A stretch of 63,244 bases of DNA, filler included, from Stramenopiles sp. TOSAG23-3 (taxonomy: Eukaryota): NCBI GenBank assembly GCA_900128585.1. It is 4 parts of 4 records of this genome, joined end to end, with 100 filler letters (N's around TTAATTAATTAA, not from the genome) between each part and the next. Parts side by side here need not be neighbours in the genome. Positions count along the whole stretch, not along the records: positions 47,537 to 63,244 come from LT642514.1; 3 more parts are not named here. One strand, given 5' to 3'. Below the pieces are notes generated by a model. That model had not been told where the DNA came from. It saw only the letters and a list, made by a program, of their open reading frames with translations, and made no database searches. The translations under genes were made by a program, and so were the position numbers. Below, piece after piece: positions 62,601 through 63,244 of the stretch. Numbering within the stretch: position 1 is the first letter of the stretch; every line of letters begins with the position of its first letter.

Positions 62601-63244
62601 NNNNNNNNNNNNNNNNNNNNNNNNNNNNNNNNNNNNNNNNNTTGTTATATTTTGGATAATTGTGTACAACCCATCCTTTCTTGTGCCATTAGTACGAGTC
62701 TTGACCGAGATGGCCGAGATGGCCGAGATAGTACCGCCGCATTTTTCTGCCTTCAATTCATCTTTATCAGTGTTTGCATCAGCGTTTACAAATTCAACAT
62801 GAATAAATCGGGCAACCTCATTAAACTCTGGGGGCATTTGTATAATCTTTACGTCCACAGCACTTATTCCGCTAAAAGCTTCAAGTTTCGATTTAATATC
62901 ATCAGCAGTTGCATCCCAATCGAAGCATTCATCTCCTAGCTTAAACTTGTCGGTTGAAGTCAGTGCCGATTCATTCGTCAATGTTATTGTTTGAAGCTCA
63001 TTTGCATTCTGGTCGACAAGGACACTATAATGTGTTGTACGGATGCCACCACCTTGGGGAACTTTAAATTTGACTTGAAGTTGCCCGTTAACTTCATTTT
63101 CTTTTTTTAAGTCTGTGACTGGATCAGGTTGTTTCGATGAAATTCTTACATATGGCGAGTGCGAACTGTACGATGCCGGAGTAATAGCGTTCGCAGCGTT
63201 AAAAGCGTGAACAATACACTTATCGTTTGCTGCGTTTGAGCCGC
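59678..63244 (-). CDS. 5'-partial giant extracellular fibronectin type III repeat protein, interrupted by one in-frame TAG (60655-60653) and a scaffold gap
   Basis: FN3 motifs (LSWEAPAVTGGSRITAYQI, NLEYGTVYLFRVAAFNVLG, GLQSQKSYKFSAQAVNTNGEG) and a SEA-like/RRRL module. Frames are open from 63242 to the gap and from the gap (62505) to the TAG, then continue in the same frame to 59678. Confidence 0.8.
62506..62641. other. Scaffold gap (136 N) inside the FN3 gene
   Basis: N run without the linker 12-mer. Confidence 0.95.

Noticed and set aside
62439-62981. Apparent frameshift between FN3 ORF pieces
   Set aside because: The frame change falls across the N gap, whose length is an estimate; each side is open up to the gap.

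Overview
This is eukaryotic nuclear DNA from a gene-dense, apparently intron-free protist. A stramenopile-like origin is inferred from protein architectures only. The window is four unrelated, size-sorted contigs (1-15764, 15865-31624, 31725-47436, 47537-63244) joined by artificial 100-bp N44-TTAATTAATTAA-N44 linkers, so gene order across the linkers means nothing. About 23 single-exon genes lie in GC-richer blocks between very AT-rich, microsatellite-laden spacers. They include glycyl-tRNA synthetase, a theta-like GST, a STRA6-like membrane protein, a GT4 glycosyltransferase, an SLC38-type transporter, an ankyrin/U-box protein, an Mrr-like nuclease, TAF1, mS45, a ~4700-aa SPRY/HECT E3, a JmjC protein, PPT1, a BIRC6-type E2 with a WW domain, a 5'-nucleotidase with EF-hands and a giant FN3 protein. 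The strongest unexplained signals are: (1) a dispersed modular ~130-170 bp non-coding element (core ACTTAAATAACAGCCAATTTTCTTGTTTT) present on all four contigs, always just 3' of genes and mostly between convergent genes, once as an inverted pair; (2) an apparent bicistron in which an 85-aa ORF stops 2 nt before the ATG of a putatively mitochondria-targeted Mrr-like endonuclease; (3) a TAF1 whose bromodomain is in the -1 frame; (4) an in-frame TAG in the FN3 gene; (5) a HECT domain that seems to lack its E2-binding subdomain; (6) a possible UUG-initiated mitochondrial GlyRS isoform. All domain calls come from motif recognition by eye; no database searches were run.
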